Source: the human T2T-CHM13v2.0 reference genome, Homo sapiens. From it: a stretch of 64,000 nt of DNA. The stretch lies in assembly GCF_009914755.1 (NCBI RefSeq), contig NC_060930.1, one strand, 5' to 3'. This document shows positions 1 through 18,422 of the stretch, piece by piece. The first letter of the stretch is position 1. Each line of letters opens with the position of its first letter. The translations under genes were made by a program, and so were the position numbers. The notes beneath the pieces were generated by a model. It saw only the letters and a program-made list of their open reading frames with translations. It ran no database searches and was not told the DNA's origin.

Positions 1-51
1 TGAGGCTAAATCTGACAGTGGCTGGTCTGTGCTTTGGGAACCCATCCCCCC

Positions 52-298
52 TTTTATTGAGACAGGGTCTCACTTTGTCACCCCGACTGGAGTGCAGTGA
101 TGTCATCTCAGCTCACTGCAGCCTCGACTTCCTGGGTTCAGGCAATCCTCCTGACTCAGCCCAAGTAGCTGGGACTACAGGCGTGCACCACCAAACCTGG
201 TAAATTTTTGTATTTTTTGTAGAGATGGGGCTTTGCCATGTTGCCCAGGCTGGTCTTGAACTCCTGGGCTCCAGTGATCTGCCCACCTCGGCCTCCCG
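52..298 (-). mobile_element. Alu, AluJ-like, 5'-truncated
   Basis: gagacagggtctcact...gcctcgacttcctggg...tttttgtattttttgtagag. Confidence 0.9.
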
Positions 299-457
299 AG
301 GGGCCCCTTTTATGACACTCTCTGCTCTTTTTCAGACTTCCAGGGCCTTAGGCTTATTTTATGCTCCACCTCTTACCTTCCTTTTATCCACACTAAGTAG
401 ACTGACACACTCATTGATACGTACCTTGGATATTTGTATTTAAAATTTAAAAATTAA

Positions 458-794
<337 letters not shown>

Positions 795-1552
795 AAATGC
801 TTAAAGCCAGCTTCAAGTTGTGTATTTTGAGGATCACTAGCTCCACACTTTACCCACCAAAACCAGACCATGTTGTCAGTTATTTCTTACCTTCTCTGGC
901 CGCAAATCCTAGTTCTAACATGTGGGAAACAATACACTTTGGTCAAGTTGCTTTATAACTGTGATGCTTGTTACATAGCTTCAGCATATATTTGATTTCT
1001 AATTTATCTTTAGAAATATTTGTTTAAAGCCAGTGACATAATTTGATATATATGTATTCTGTGTATAAAACTTCAACATATCTCCAGGTAGGCATCACTC
1101 TATAAACTGATATTTAGTTGTCTGGAGGTTGAGGTGGTGGTACCTCAGTTGTGATATGGTATTGGCTTACTCACAAGAAAGCAGGTCAGGTGTGAATACG
1201 GAAGCCCAGGCCTCATAGTAGACCTGCCCTTAGGAAAGCAGGGGTTACCAATACTTGAGCCTGGCAGAGAGTTGTACTTGGTCCAAGAAGGCATAATCTC
1301 TAAGGGACTTGGAGAACCCTAGTAACAACTTGAGAAATATTTATCACTCTCTATGAAGCTGATAGGCAGAAGAAGACAGGAAGACAGATGCCACCTGGGA
1401 GGTAGAATCGTGTAGGCATTGTGTCTGGCCATTATGACTCCATGTAGGGATCTGTCATTCTTCTCCTGAAACATTGCCGTTTCCCTGATCTGTGTTCTCA
1501 ACTCAACACGCCTATCCCTCTACACATTCCTTCTGGTTAAACTCAACCACTT

Positions 1553-1864
<312 letters not shown>

Positions 1865-1987
1865 ACTCAACCACTTAGCAGTTTCAGCTACAGTCTCTGT
1901 GTTCACATGGGCCTAAGGAACATGTACTCCCTCCCCCTTCTCCATCTCCCTCCTGAGCTTCACAACCATTTCCCAATGATCTCTTGA

Positions 1988-2445
<458 letters not shown>

Positions 2446-2789
2446 TAGGAATCAACTTTGTTATCCTCCACCATCCATATTCAATCAATCAACAACATCA
2501 TTTTTATGGCCATTCTATTGCACCTCTTTAACACTTTATGAATGTTCATTCTCTTCTCTAACTTTATTCTCTCTGCCCTAATTGAGGCCCTCATCTTTTG
2601 CTTGGACTACTCTAAGCTTTTCCGACCTGTTCTGGTTTTAGACATGCTCTGCTCAAATAAATCCTCCTAAAATGTATCAGTGATCTATCTAAAGTTAAAA
2701 TGGAAATCCATAACGCCCCTTTATAATGGCTACCCACTTAACACTGATTTCTGATCTGCCACAAGAGACATAAAAAGGCGGTGGAAAAA

Positions 2790-5590
2790 TGGTAAGGAAA
2801 AGGTTATTACTACCCTAGAATCTTACACATGGCTAAATGATCTATCAAAACGAGGGAAAATAATAAAGACTCTTTCAGACATACAATGACTAAGAGAGAT
2901 CCAAACTCTAAACGAATTACTAGAGACTTACTTCAGCAAGAAGAAAAATGGAGCCAGAGTGAAGACATGTTATCTTAAAACTACAATGAAGCACCAACGT
3001 GTCATTAAATTAATTTTCTATTAAGAGTAAAAAATACTGACTGTTGTGTTTAATAAAAAAGTGGAACTGAAACCACAGCCGCCAACAGCAGTAGGAAGAG
3101 GAGGTGTTTTCAATGGGCAAGACGTGCTAAAAGCCCTTGCCACACCCGGGAAAAGAATGGAACTAAGGACGGAGCTTAGAATTTTAGAGATGGTTTATAG
3201 TTAAATATGTAAATCAGAAATGGAGGATAACATTTAAAGTAATGGATAAAACCTGTAGATTATACAGACAGAAGGGAATAAGCAAATTAATTTTTTTAAA
3301 AAGTAAAAATAGGATGGTAAATTTAAAGTACAAAATTAGATGCCATCAAGTACAAATATAACAATAATAAGAGTAATTTCCAAAACTTTAAACTTACCTA
3401 TTTAAATGGCACATGTTATCTACTTGTCTTTTCTTCTATTTTTAATTACTATATGTGAGTTTTACATATTTTGGAAGTACATGTATATTTTGATACCTCT
3501 CTACAATGGCGAATGATCAAATTGGGGTACTAAGGATATCCATCAACTCAACCATTTATCTTTTCTCTGTGTTATGAATATTACAAATCTGATATTCTAG
3601 CTATTTTGAAACATACAATAAATTATTGTTAACTATAATTTTCCTGCTGTACTATCAAATACTAATATTTATTCCTTCTATCTAAAACTGTATTTTTGTA
3701 CCCCTTAACTTGTCTTGAATAGAAAATAAAATCCAGATTTATGCTACTAACTGATACATGCCCAAACTGTACTACAGATAAATGTTACGATTTAAAAATA
3801 ACGTGTGGCATAATAATGTGTGCCATGAAAATACTAAAAAATAATAATTCAGGTGGGTAGTATTCATATCAGATGAAATAGAACATAAATTCAAAAGTAT
3901 TAATAGACAAACAGTAGTAGAAAAGAATTATAACATCCTCCAAACTATAACAATTATAAACTTGTATGCACTTAACAGATTTAAAATATATAAAGCATTA
4001 TCTGACAAAATTACAGGAAGGAATGGATAGATCCATTCATAATTTTCTCTAATCTACAATGTGTAGATTTTCTATGATCTAATAAAAGTTAAGATACATA
4101 AAAAAGTTAAGAGGATAAATACATAGAAAATAAACAATCAGTGGAGAACTTGAATGAAGGTAAAAGTCAGTTGTATACTGAAAAAAATAAATGAAAAGAT
4201 TAAAAGCAAGACTAATAAGGAAAAAAAATGATGGCTAGTATTAATAATAAGCATTAGGAATGACAAGAAAAATATATAATACAATGATAGAGTTAGTGGT
4301 ATTTCAAAATTATAGTAATAGTTTTGTGTATTTTCTTATAGATACATAAAAGTATCGACTAATACACAAAAAACATCGGTTTCCTTCGGAGAGAAGAACT
4401 AGGTTGATGGGGAGCAGCAGGGGAAGGCAGGTTTTCTTTTGAACAATGTGGCTATATCACCTACTCAATAAAACTTTAACAAAATGAAATAAATTTAAAA
4501 TTTAAAAGATAATGTACTACGACCAAGTTAACCCAATTAGTTTTTAATGAATTAAACATAGAATGATGAAATAATAAGTAACAATCAAAAATTGAACCAG
4601 AAAATAAATGTCCCCTACCACTCACCTAAAAACAACAACAACAACAACAACAAAGCCCCAGAACTCTTACAGCTCCATGAGGCAAAAAAATGGCCCAAAG
4701 AAAAAGTGGATAAAGTATAGGAACAGGCAATTCCCACAGGATAATACCCAAATGGTCAACAGAAATACAGACAGTTTCAAAAATGCTCTAATATACTTGT
4801 ATCCAGAAAAATCCTAGTTAAAATAAAGAGATATTATTTCATGGCAATTGAATTGGCAAAACTAATCTGACATTAACAAGGGTTGATAGAATGTGGGCCA
4901 AAGCAATTCTCTTACACAACAGTTAGGAGGGTAAATTGACATACTACTAGGGGTGGCAGTGTCACTAGTCTCTACAGTTAGAAAGTGTGTGCATGTGATT
5001 CAGCCATTCCTTTTGGGGTTGTGTAGACTCTAGTGAAATTCACACCCATGTGCACAAGCAGAGCATGTTCAAGACTGGTCATTGTGGCTTTGTTTGCAGT
5101 AGAGTATAACTAGTAACAACAACAATAACAAACATAAATAAATTTTGTTATAATCATGCAAAGGAATCCAATATAACAACAAAATTAGTAAATTAGAAAT
5201 AGATGACAGACAGATATAGTTAGATAAATATCAAAGACAACACTGAGAGAAAATAAAAGTTACAGAAGCAGATGTGAAGTATGATATATTTATACAAAGT
5301 TTAAAAACATAGAAAAGATATACAATGTTAGTGATTCCATATATATGTAGAAAATGTTTTAAAATATACATGGAAATGATCAATAACAAATCTGAGAAGG
5401 CTGGGAATGGAATTAGGGAGCAGTTCACAGAGAGCATTAATCACGGATAAATGTTATTTTTTGAAAGAAAAGATGGGAAGTAATACGGCAAAATAGTAAA
5501 AATCAGCAAAGCTGGGTACTGGGTACTGGTGTTATGTTATTTTCTGTATAAGATGTTTAAAATATTTAATAATTTCAAAAATAAAAGTAA
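2790..5590 (+). mobile_element. Highly decayed L1M fragments (ORF1 end, ORF2 start, 3' region)
   Basis: A-rich strand bias with degenerate L1 ORF-like motifs; boundaries approximate. Confidence 0.55.
3431..3707 (-). mobile_element. L1MA-type 3' end nested in older L1
   Basis: Reverse L1MA 3'UTR motifs (tctagctattttgaaacatacaataaattattgttaactata); flanking repeat ACTTGTCTT at 3422-3430 and 3708-3716. Confidence 0.7.
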
Positions 5591-6276
5591 ATTACTTATT
5601 ACAAGGCTTCTTATCAGTTGTAGCATTAGTACAATGCTGGTAGTACTATTACATGCTACCGTTATTATAATTAATACCAATCCATCAACTGCTATTTTAA
5701 CTGATACGAATATTTACTGCTAGAGGATACACTCTGTGAAAGAAGCTTGTGAATCTTTTGGTAAATGCAACAATCCTTTTATAAGAAGGATAATAATCTC
5801 TAATAGCATATATATTCTGTAAGTTGGAATTTTTGTAGATTGAATATTTCCAAAAACTTTATTTGCTTATTTATTGCCTGATTAAACCAGTCTTTGAAAA
5901 CAAAGGCCAATAAAATAAATTATATTAATTGACAACATTTTTCTGAAAATATTTTATCTTTCATAGCCAGTTTTTGGTTACCAGTCTTGTGAGCATGCAA
6001 GAAAATTTGAAATCTAAAAATAAGAACCAACAGAAGTCAAATGATGCCCCCTTAACAACAACAACAACAAAACTTTCAAAGCAATAAGGTCATGGAGAAA
6101 GACTTGTTTCAATGATGTTATTTTATATTTACAAATGTAATAGACAATGTGATATAAAAACTAATATTCTAACATATTTTAAAAGAATGACAGTTTCTTA
6201 TATTCATAATATAATTTATGTAGCACAACTTGGAATACTAGCAATAGAATGCTGGGAAAAAAATAAGTCAACCAAC

Positions 6277-6490
6277 CCTGAGAAGAGTGTGCTGCGGATT
6301 TAACGTCTGCCTCATCCATTGGTGCACGAGGATTCTTCTGTGTTTCCTTCTCTGAAAGGCCAGCTGTATTATCCACTCCTGATTCTGCTTTCTCTCCTTT
6401 AGCCATTAGACAAACTGGAAATTCAGGGGAAAGTCGAGTATAGCTTTCATGATTTTTTTGACCATCAAAATGCAAAGGAAGTTTAATGAC
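6277..6490 (-). pseudogene. OFCC1: 214-nt exon VIKLPLHFDGQKNHESYTRLSPEFPVCLMAKGEKAESG...AAHSSQ(G), open frame
   Basis: Acceptor gatctcctaatAG; phase 0 continues NLYFQ|VIKLP; lies in the frame of track ORF 6179-6475; donor cagg|GTTGGT is weaker, so the 3' boundary is less certain. Confidence 0.78.
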
Positions 6491-7449
6491 CTATTAGGAG
6501 ATCAATCTGTTATCTAAATTGTTGAAACTATTACATAGTTTTCCTCTTAAAAAAAGAGACAATTTGAAAAAGCTAAAATATCAATAATAAATTCAGTTTT
6601 CCAAACATTATATACTTTTGTTTGGTTGCATTACAAAGAATGCAGGTTTTTTGTATTAACAAATTACACAATTGCTTCAGATAGTGCTATTTGCTCTCTC
6701 TATATTAGTTTCTTCTTTGTTTCAATTTATAATTTTTAAAATTTATTCTTCCATATAACACTATCTAACATTCATACTAGGAGGAAATTAGCAAATATTC
6801 ATTCACTATTTACTATCTCCAAGAAATATTATTTTAAGTTCAAAAGAAATGACAAGATGGTAGATCTAGCAGTGAATGAGTGCTCATTATACAATTTTTT
6901 CAACTTTTCTCTATGTTTAAAATTTTAATAGTAAAAGTGCTTGGAGACAGTAATGACACAAGAAATGAAATATTCAGGAAAGTGAGGAATTGACAGACAA
7001 AGTTTCCTGGGAAAGAGTGACAGGCTGTCCTTCTGGCATCATTTTCCCTGTTGCATCCTTACACACATGCTGTGGGGGGCCTCAGAGCTGTTGGCCAACC
7101 TCCTCTGGGATGCTGAGGGTTATTAGTCCGAGTACTATCCCTAATGACACCGTGAGAGAATACGTGAGGTCATGGCTAAGCCACGTGCCCTGGCTCTGCC
7201 AGCCCCTCGTTGACAATGGCTGTTTCTCCACACTGACTGATCCAGGAGACAAATGTTCAGGATTCACCTGGATTGACTTGTTTCCTTTTTGTCTTCTAAC
7301 AAGGCATTGCAAAAAAACACTTTTCTGTTCCGTCATCTGTCATCTGCATTACCTCTCTTTTGTCTTCCCAATTCCAACTTATTCTTTTTCCGAGTAAATA
7401 CAGCATTAACTTGTTCAAAAATGTTTGCATCTGAGAAAACTTACATTGG

Positions 7450-8355
7450 GGGGGGGAGGAGCCAAGATGGCCGAATAGGAACAGCTCCAGTCTACAGCTC
7501 CCAGCGTGAGCGATGCAGAAGACTGGTGATTTCTGCATTTCCATCTGAGGTACCGGGTTCATCTCACTAGGGAGTGCCAGACAGTGGGCCCAGGCCAGTG
7601 GGTGCGCACACTGTGCGCGAGCCGAAGCAGAGCGAGGCATTGCCTCACTTGGGAAGCGCAAGGGGTCAGGGAGTTCCCTTTCCCAGTCAAAGAAAGGGGT
7701 GACGGACGCACCTGGAAAATCGGGTCACTCCCACCGGAATACTGCGCTTTTCCGACGGGCTTAAAAAACGGCGCACCACGAGATTATATCCGGCCCCTGG
7801 CTCGCAGGGTCCTACGCCCACGGAGTCTCGCTGGTTGCTAGCACGGCAGTCTGAGATCAAACTGCAAGGCGGCAGCGAGGCTGGGGGAGGGGCGCCCGCC
7901 ATTGCCCAGGCTTACTTAGGTAAACAAAGCAGCCAGGAAGCTCGAACTGGGTGGAGCCCACCACAGCTCAAGGAGGCCTGCCTGCCTCTGTAGGCTCCAC
8001 CTCTGGGGCAGGGCACAGACAAACAAAAAGACAGCAGTAACCTCTGCAGACTTCAATGTCCCTGTCTGACAGCTTTGAAGAGAGCAGTGGTTCTCCCAGC
8101 ACGCAGCTGGAGATCTGAGAACGGGCAGACTGCCTCCTCAAGTGGGTCCCTGACCCCTGACCCCCGAGCAGCCTAACTGGGAGGCACCCCCCAGCAGGGG
8201 CACACAGACACCTCACACGGCAGGGTATTCCAACAGACCTGCAGCTGAGGGTCCTGTCTGTTAGAAGGAAAACTAACAAACAGAAAGGACATCCACACCA
8301 AAAACCTATCTGTACATCACCATCATCAAGACCAAAAGTAGATAAAACCACAAAG
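7450..8355. promoter_or_regulatory. L1 5'UTR with internal sense promoter and antisense promoter, CpG-rich
   Basis: YY1 site CAAGATGGCC near 7463; many CpGs retained in a CpG-poor window; promoter functions are established for L1 5'UTRs. Confidence 0.8.
7687..7902 (-). CDS. LINE-1 ORF0 (71 aa), intact
   Basis: MAGAPPPASLPPCSLISDC...VTRFSRCVRHPFL matches primate L1 ORF0 in length and sequence. Confidence 0.9.
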   Translation of the reverse strand: MAGAPPPASLPPCSLISDCRASNQRDSVGVGPCEPGAGYNLVVRRFLSPSEKRSIPVGVTRFSRCVRHPFL

Positions 8356-9408
8356 ATGGGGAAAAAACAGAACAGAAAAACTGGAAACTCTAAAACGCAG
8401 AGCGCCTCTCCTCCTCCAAAGGAACGCAGTTCCTCACCAGCAATGGAACAAAGCTGGATGGAGAATGACTTTGACGAGCTGAGAGAAGAAGGCTTCAGAC
8501 GATCAAATTACTCTGAGCTACGGGAGGACATTCAAACCAAAGGCAAAGAAGTTGAAAACTTTGAAAAAAATTTAGAAGAATGTATAACTAGAATAACCAA
8601 TACAGAGAAGTGCTTAAAGGAGCTGATGGAGCTGAAAACCAAGGCTCGAGAACTACGTGAAGAATGCAGAAACCTCAGGAGCCGATGTGATCAACTGGAA
8701 GAAAGGGTATCAGCGATGGAAGATGAAATGAATGAAATGAAGCGAGAAGGGAAGTTTAGAGAAAAAAGAACAAAAAGAAATGAGCAAAGCCTCCAAGAAA
8801 TATGGGACTATGTGAAAAGACCAAATCTATGTCTGATTGGTGTACCTGAAAGTGATGGGGAGAATGGAACCAAGTTGGAAAACACGCTGCAGGATATTAT
8901 CCAGGAGAACTTCCCCAATCTAGCAAGGCAGGCCAACGTTCAGATTCAGGAAATACAGAGAACGCCACAAAGATACTCCTCGAGAAGAGCAATTCCAAGA
9001 CACATAATTGTCAGATTCACCAAAGTTGAAATGAAGGAAAAAATGTTAAGGGCAGCCAGAGAGAAAGGTCGGGTTACCCTCAAAGGAAAGCCCATCAGAC
9101 TAACAGCAGATTTCTCGGCAGAAACCCTACAAGCCAGAAGAGAGTGGGGGCCAATATTCACCATTCTTAAAGAAAAGAATTTTCAACCCAGAATTTCATA
9201 TCCAGCCAAACTAAGCTTCATAAGTGAAGGAGAAATAAAATACTTTACAGACAAACAAATGCTAAGAGATTTTGTCACCACCAGGCCTGCCCTAAAAGAG
9301 CTCCTGAAGGAAGCACTAAACATGGAAAGGAACAACTGGTACCAGCCGCTGCAAAATCATGCCAAAATGGAAAGACCATCGAGACTAGGAAGAAACTGCA
9401 TCAACTAA
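8356..9408 (+). CDS. LINE-1 ORF1p with a 12-aa C-terminal read-through (350 aa)
   Basis: MGKKQNRKTGNSK start; REKG, ARR and YPAKLS motifs; GAA at 9370-9372 where the 338-aa protein normally stops. Confidence 0.93.
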   Translation: MGKKQNRKTGNSKTQSASPPPKERSSSPAMEQSWMENDFDELREEGFRRSNYSELREDIQTKGKEVENFEKNLEECITRITNTEKCLKELMELKTKARELREECRNLRSRCDQLEERVSAMEDEMNEMKREGKFREKRTKRNEQSLQEIWDYVKRPNLCLIGVPESDGENGTKLENTLQDIIQENFPNLARQANVQIQEIQRTPQRYSSRRAIPRHIIVRFTKVEMKEKMLRAAREKGRVTLKGKPIRLTADFSAETLQARREWGPIFTILKEKNFQPRISYPAKLSFISEGEIKYFTDKQMLRDFVTTRPALKELLKEALNMERNNWYQPLQNHAKMERPSRLGRNCIN

Positions 9409-13259
<3,851 letters not shown>

Positions 13260-14141
13260 ACAATGAGATCACATGGACACAGGAAGGGGAACATCACACT
13301 CTGGGGACTGTTGTGGGGTGTGGGGAGGGGGGAAGGATAGCACTGGGAGATATACCTAATGCTAGATGACGAGTTAGTGGGTGCAGCGCACCAGCATGGC
13401 ACATGTATACATATGTAACTAACCTGCACAATGTGCACATGTACCCTAAAACTTAAAGTATAATAATAATAAAAAAAAGAAAACTTACATTGGAAAAATC
13501 CACATATTTTAGAATTTCACATAAAAGGAAACTGAGTTTTCCAGAACAGAAGCTTTTTGTTTTTGTCTTCATGGGCAAGAAGGATCTATATGCCTACTTA
13601 TTCTGCCTACAATCAGAAAATCATGCATCTTGCATGTTACTATTCTAATTAATAAGACTCGCTTCCCCATGAAATTTTCAGAAGGAGAAAATTATTTTTA
13701 TTGTCTATCAAATAAGAATGTTAGTGGACAATTACATCCATCTCTAATGGATAATGCCAGCTGGGCTCTGCAAATAAATTATAGTATTCCTTATTTTTTC
13801 TCTACAAAGTATTTTTAATAGAAAGTCAGAAAAAAACGAGGCAAATTTTAGTAATATGTTCAAATTCAAGTAGATTTTGGTCACCAAAATATTTTAATGC
13901 TGCTAAAAAATACCCACTTTTCTTGAGCTTGCAAGTTTTAAACACTACTTCTAATTTAACTTCAAATATAAACTGTCTTCATAATGAATAACAGTACTTC
14001 ATAAATTATCTTTTATAAAACAAAGCTCGTTCTTACTTTCCATCCCATAATTTGTAGAACACTGAATTTTAGGAAACAGTTAGTGAAAAAGTCAGTTAAT
14101 AATTATAGATGTCTTCCACATTAGCTAGACCAAGATTTACC

Positions 14142-14441
14142 TTTTTTTTTTTTTCGAGCCAGAGTTTTGCTCTTGTTGCCCAAGCTGGAGGAGTGCAATG
14201 GCGCGATATTGGCTCACCGCAACCTCCACCTCCCAGGTTCAAGCGATTCTCCTGCCTCAGCCTCCTGAGTAGCTGGGATTACAGGCACCTGCCACCACGC
14301 CCAGCTAATTATTGTATTTTTAGTAGAGACAAGGTTTCACCATGTTGGCCAGGCTGGTCTCGAACTTCTGACCTCAGGTGATCCACCCACCTCAGCCTCC
14401 CAAAGTGCTGAGATTACAGGCGTGAGCCACCACACCCAGCC
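14142..14441 (-). mobile_element. Alu, AluS-like
   Basis: Reverse-complement full dimer with poly-T. Confidence 0.95.
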
Positions 14442-15253
14442 CAAACTTTACTTTCTTATGGCTATATTTATTTTGACTCTTGGTATGGCATTCAGGTCAC
14501 CAATTTTTAAAACATTTTCTTATGGATTTTCTACAGTTATCTTCAACCTTTAGATAAATTTTCAATATTTTTTACATTCATTTATAATAGTCTTCCTCTT
14601 TAAGCTTATTTATATCAGCGTTTCTGATTCTTAGAAGTTTTTAAAAAGTTCTGATGCCTGACACCCCACCACAAAACAACTAAATTAAAGTATCTGAGAC
14701 TAGAACCCAGGCAACAGTATTTCTAAAACTTCCCACAGAATTCTACTGTGCAATCAGATTTATCTTAGGATGGCACTATTTCCAGAATGAATAGGCAGGT
14801 ACATATTCACATAAACGTTATTTTATTAATAGCATACCTACACTGCCCCAACACGATATTTCAGCAAAACATTATAATGGAATTAAATAAGAAGAAAAAA
14901 TGCCAGGTAATTCTACTCAAAGTAAATAGGAAACAGGGAGACTGTTACTGATTTTAAGGACGAAATTACATGTGCTTCCTGGGAACACCCAATTTAATAG
15001 TTCTATCAGTTAGGTAAGTAGATAGATAGGTAGACAGACAGACAGATACATTACATAGATATAAAGAAAACTTCAAATATGAAGGGGAAGAAGAACAATT
15101 TATGGCATTATATGACACAAACAACCTGGAAAAACATCATCGGGAAGAATAAATTTGGGTACAAAGAACGCACTACAAATGTGCTGGAATCCTTATCCTT
15201 TTTGCATCCCTAGAGGAGGCAATGCCCAACGCACAATAGAAGCTCAGTAAACA

Positions 15254-15500
<247 letters not shown>

Positions 15501-15862
15501 TTGATAAGGAAACTTACCAGAGCTCCATCCTCATGTTGATGAGATGAAGCTACACACTCCACCCCAGCAGTGACAGATTGTGAACTGAGACTTGGGTGGC
15601 AGCTCTGGTCCATTCACAACATAGAAGATTTTATTAAGTGATCTTTAAATTTCCCACTAATTCTATAATTTTATTCCTTGTTTCTAAATATCTATTTAAT
15701 CTGCATTATCAGAAATCAGCATTAAGATGTAATAACTTTTACCATTCTATGCTACTTTACTTATTAAATTTTCCAATGGCATGAAAGGAAGCTGAAGGCT
15801 AGAAAGAAGCAGCTTTAGAAAACATTTTAATTCCTTGCCACTTAAAAAATCATATTGCAAAC

Positions 15863-16125
15863 CTGAAAATAGAGATTGCACAGCCAGTGGTCCAAGTCCA
15901 GGCAAATCAAATCTTCAATTTTCCTAAAGTTACTGAGTTTCTGGTCATAATGTCCTCATAGAAGGGGACACTTAAATTTTCCCTCCACTGTATCAAAGTT
16001 GTTATTACACAAAGGGAACACTGCTCAGCCCACAGCCCGGTCCAGGCAAGTGTATGTTCCACGAAGAAGAAAGAGTTCAAACAAGAAACCATGCCAGGGC
16101 TCACATTTTTCCTTTGAGGGAGCAC
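15863..16125 (-). pseudogene. OFCC1: 263-nt exon VLPQRKNVSPGM/FLFELFLLRGTYTCLDRAVG*AVFPLCNNNFDTVEGKFKCPLL*GHYDQKLSNFRKIEDLICLDLDHWLCNLYFQ
   Basis: Acceptor ttaatgtttttatAG, donor cag|GTTTGC; 1 nt short of 88 codons; TGA at 16025-16027 and 15956-15958. Confidence 0.85.
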
Positions 16126-18422
16126 CTATAAAAACATTAAGAAAAGAGAAGATTGGGACACTTGTGGTTTTAGAAACACGTTACATTCAGTGATGCTTAT
16201 AGACAATTTAGAATTAAGTAAAACGTTGGTCTATACTCCTGTGGTTTGCCCTTGAAAACTCACTATTGGATGTATTTACATAAACAATCCTTCCAGCCCC
16301 AGGTAATTGAGCAACCATGAAAATGTGACCTACACAAATTTGACCCTGCTGGTTAAAGATTCTAAACTTTATACGTTTTAGAAATCAAGTTTGCAACATG
16401 TTCACTCTCATAGTAGTCTGTGTTTTCATTCCTCTTTGATCGAGCTGGCACCTCTACTGTATAACTATTTCTATCTTCCATAATAGTCATTGTTTTGAAT
16501 GCCTGCCATTCATTTTTGTGTCATTCACTTACCCAGCACAACTGCATTGCACAGAACAAATGCTTTTTAAAAAGTGGTTAAACAAATTATCGCAAATTAT
16601 CCTACCCATGATGATAACTGGAATTACTATTCCAAAGTCCACCTCTGGAAGAAAAAATAGAGTCCTATTTAATTTTGTGATTTTTCTGTTTATGTCAGTT
16701 GACACTATAATGCACACGCTGTATAAGCAAGTTGTCAGTGCTAAACAAATAGAACTGAGTGTAAAGATGGGTGAAATAATCAGAATGACCAAGCCGCTGA
16801 TCAAGTCCCCAGATGTAGAGATGGAGCTTATTCCATGACCTTAAAACAAAATTTAGAGAAATGCAAGACATAAATAATCTTTTTAACAAAATGGGTTACA
16901 GCCTTGGATTTCTTTTTAGAATTTTGTGTGGATAATTACAAGTAGACAAAGATTGGGACTTAGACTATTTTTAAACAATATATTTAACCAAAAGTGTGTA
17001 GGTATATTGTATATGATTTTTATAAATATTCCAAGACTTAGTTTAGGTATAAAATGAAACAGAGGCATCTGTTGAAAAATGCCATAACCCTGTGGCAGCT
17101 GCTATTAAATCATTAACAGGATCAGGTTTTATTTAAACCAGATTTATCTTTCTTTTTACGATAGCCTATGAGAAAGCTAAAAACATTAGGCACAAATTAC
17201 TGACAAAAGAGAACCTTATTCAAGTTGTACTTTTCATTTGGCTAGTTGGCTGTGAGTAACCTTTGTGATACGAAAATAAAAGTTAAATCAGGAGAAGGAG
17301 AAGAAATGGAGTCAGAATCCTGTTTTGGGCCATCATTTAAAGATCAAGTTGAACTGATGCTATTGACAATAATTTCATCTATTTTTAGCCCTGCATTTAG
17401 AAGTGAAAACTAGAGCCCCTGTTACACTAAACTCCTATGTATTCAGCTATACATTCAAAGTAGATGGAATTAAGAATTTGTCCAGTACTGACCCAATTCT
17501 ATCATTAATTTTGTTGCAGTCTTAGGAAGTCACTTCTCTTTTTTCATATGTAAGTTTCCATGCACTTGAGTTCTCTCATCAATAAAAAACAAAGCTATAA
17601 ATATCTTCTTCTCAAAGTTAATGTAATTATGCACTTAGTAAATACAAAAGTTCTCAGAAAATATGAAATGTGCCTTTTTAAAATTTATTTCTTCTAGGAC
17701 CATCCCAACCACTTCTAAGATGACTTAGTAATAGTTCATTTTAATAAACAGAAAAATAACATAGTCAAGATTAAAATACACCTGTAAACATGCAAAACAG
17801 CAGCATCTTTTTTTTTTTTTGAGCGTATGAGAAATAGTTCAAGGCTACCAAGCACAATAATTAACACCATGCAGTCCTGTGTCAGCTCAAGAGGAACTTC
17901 ATCTCAACGCGTTCTACAAGATGGAGGAGTCATACACAACTACCCTGACAGCCCCTAAAATAGTTAAGCGTGTGAACCAGACCAAACCTAGTCACCGATA
18001 CTGAGAAGGAAAATAAAAGCCATAAATTATTAAATAAAGGAAATGACTTTATCTGATAACAGTTGTAGTTATTCGTTTGGTGCCTTTCCTTTGCTGCAGA
18101 TTGTAGCAGAAATCTTCTGCCCTGCAATGTGTAGCCTGTAATTCATTCCTTTCCTCTTTGGCAAGAAAGGCCACTAAATTTCAGTGTACTTTGCAGAAGA
18201 TCCTTTTCACAAATCTGAGTACTTCCATAGCTATCCTATGAAGTGACATTCCCATAAGGATTTTTCAGTAGCTTTGTAGCTAAATACCATATGTTAAGAA
18301 AAATATATGTGTTGGTCTCCCCCAACTATCAATGCCCTCCATCATGACAGTCCTGGTAGGTGGCGATCATAAGAGCCTCAGAGTCCCTTTATTTAATGAG
18401 TGCCATGAAGAACACCCCTGTG

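Noticed and set aside
885-915. Minus-strand donor aag|GTAAGA as a possible next downstream exon
   Set aside because: Only an 18-24 nt candidate with a poor acceptor; unsupported
15511-15620. Consensus minus-strand donor (ctg|GTAAGT at 15516-15511)
   Set aside because: Acceptor unclear, and NLYFQ|VIKLP already joins without it; at most a cryptic exon
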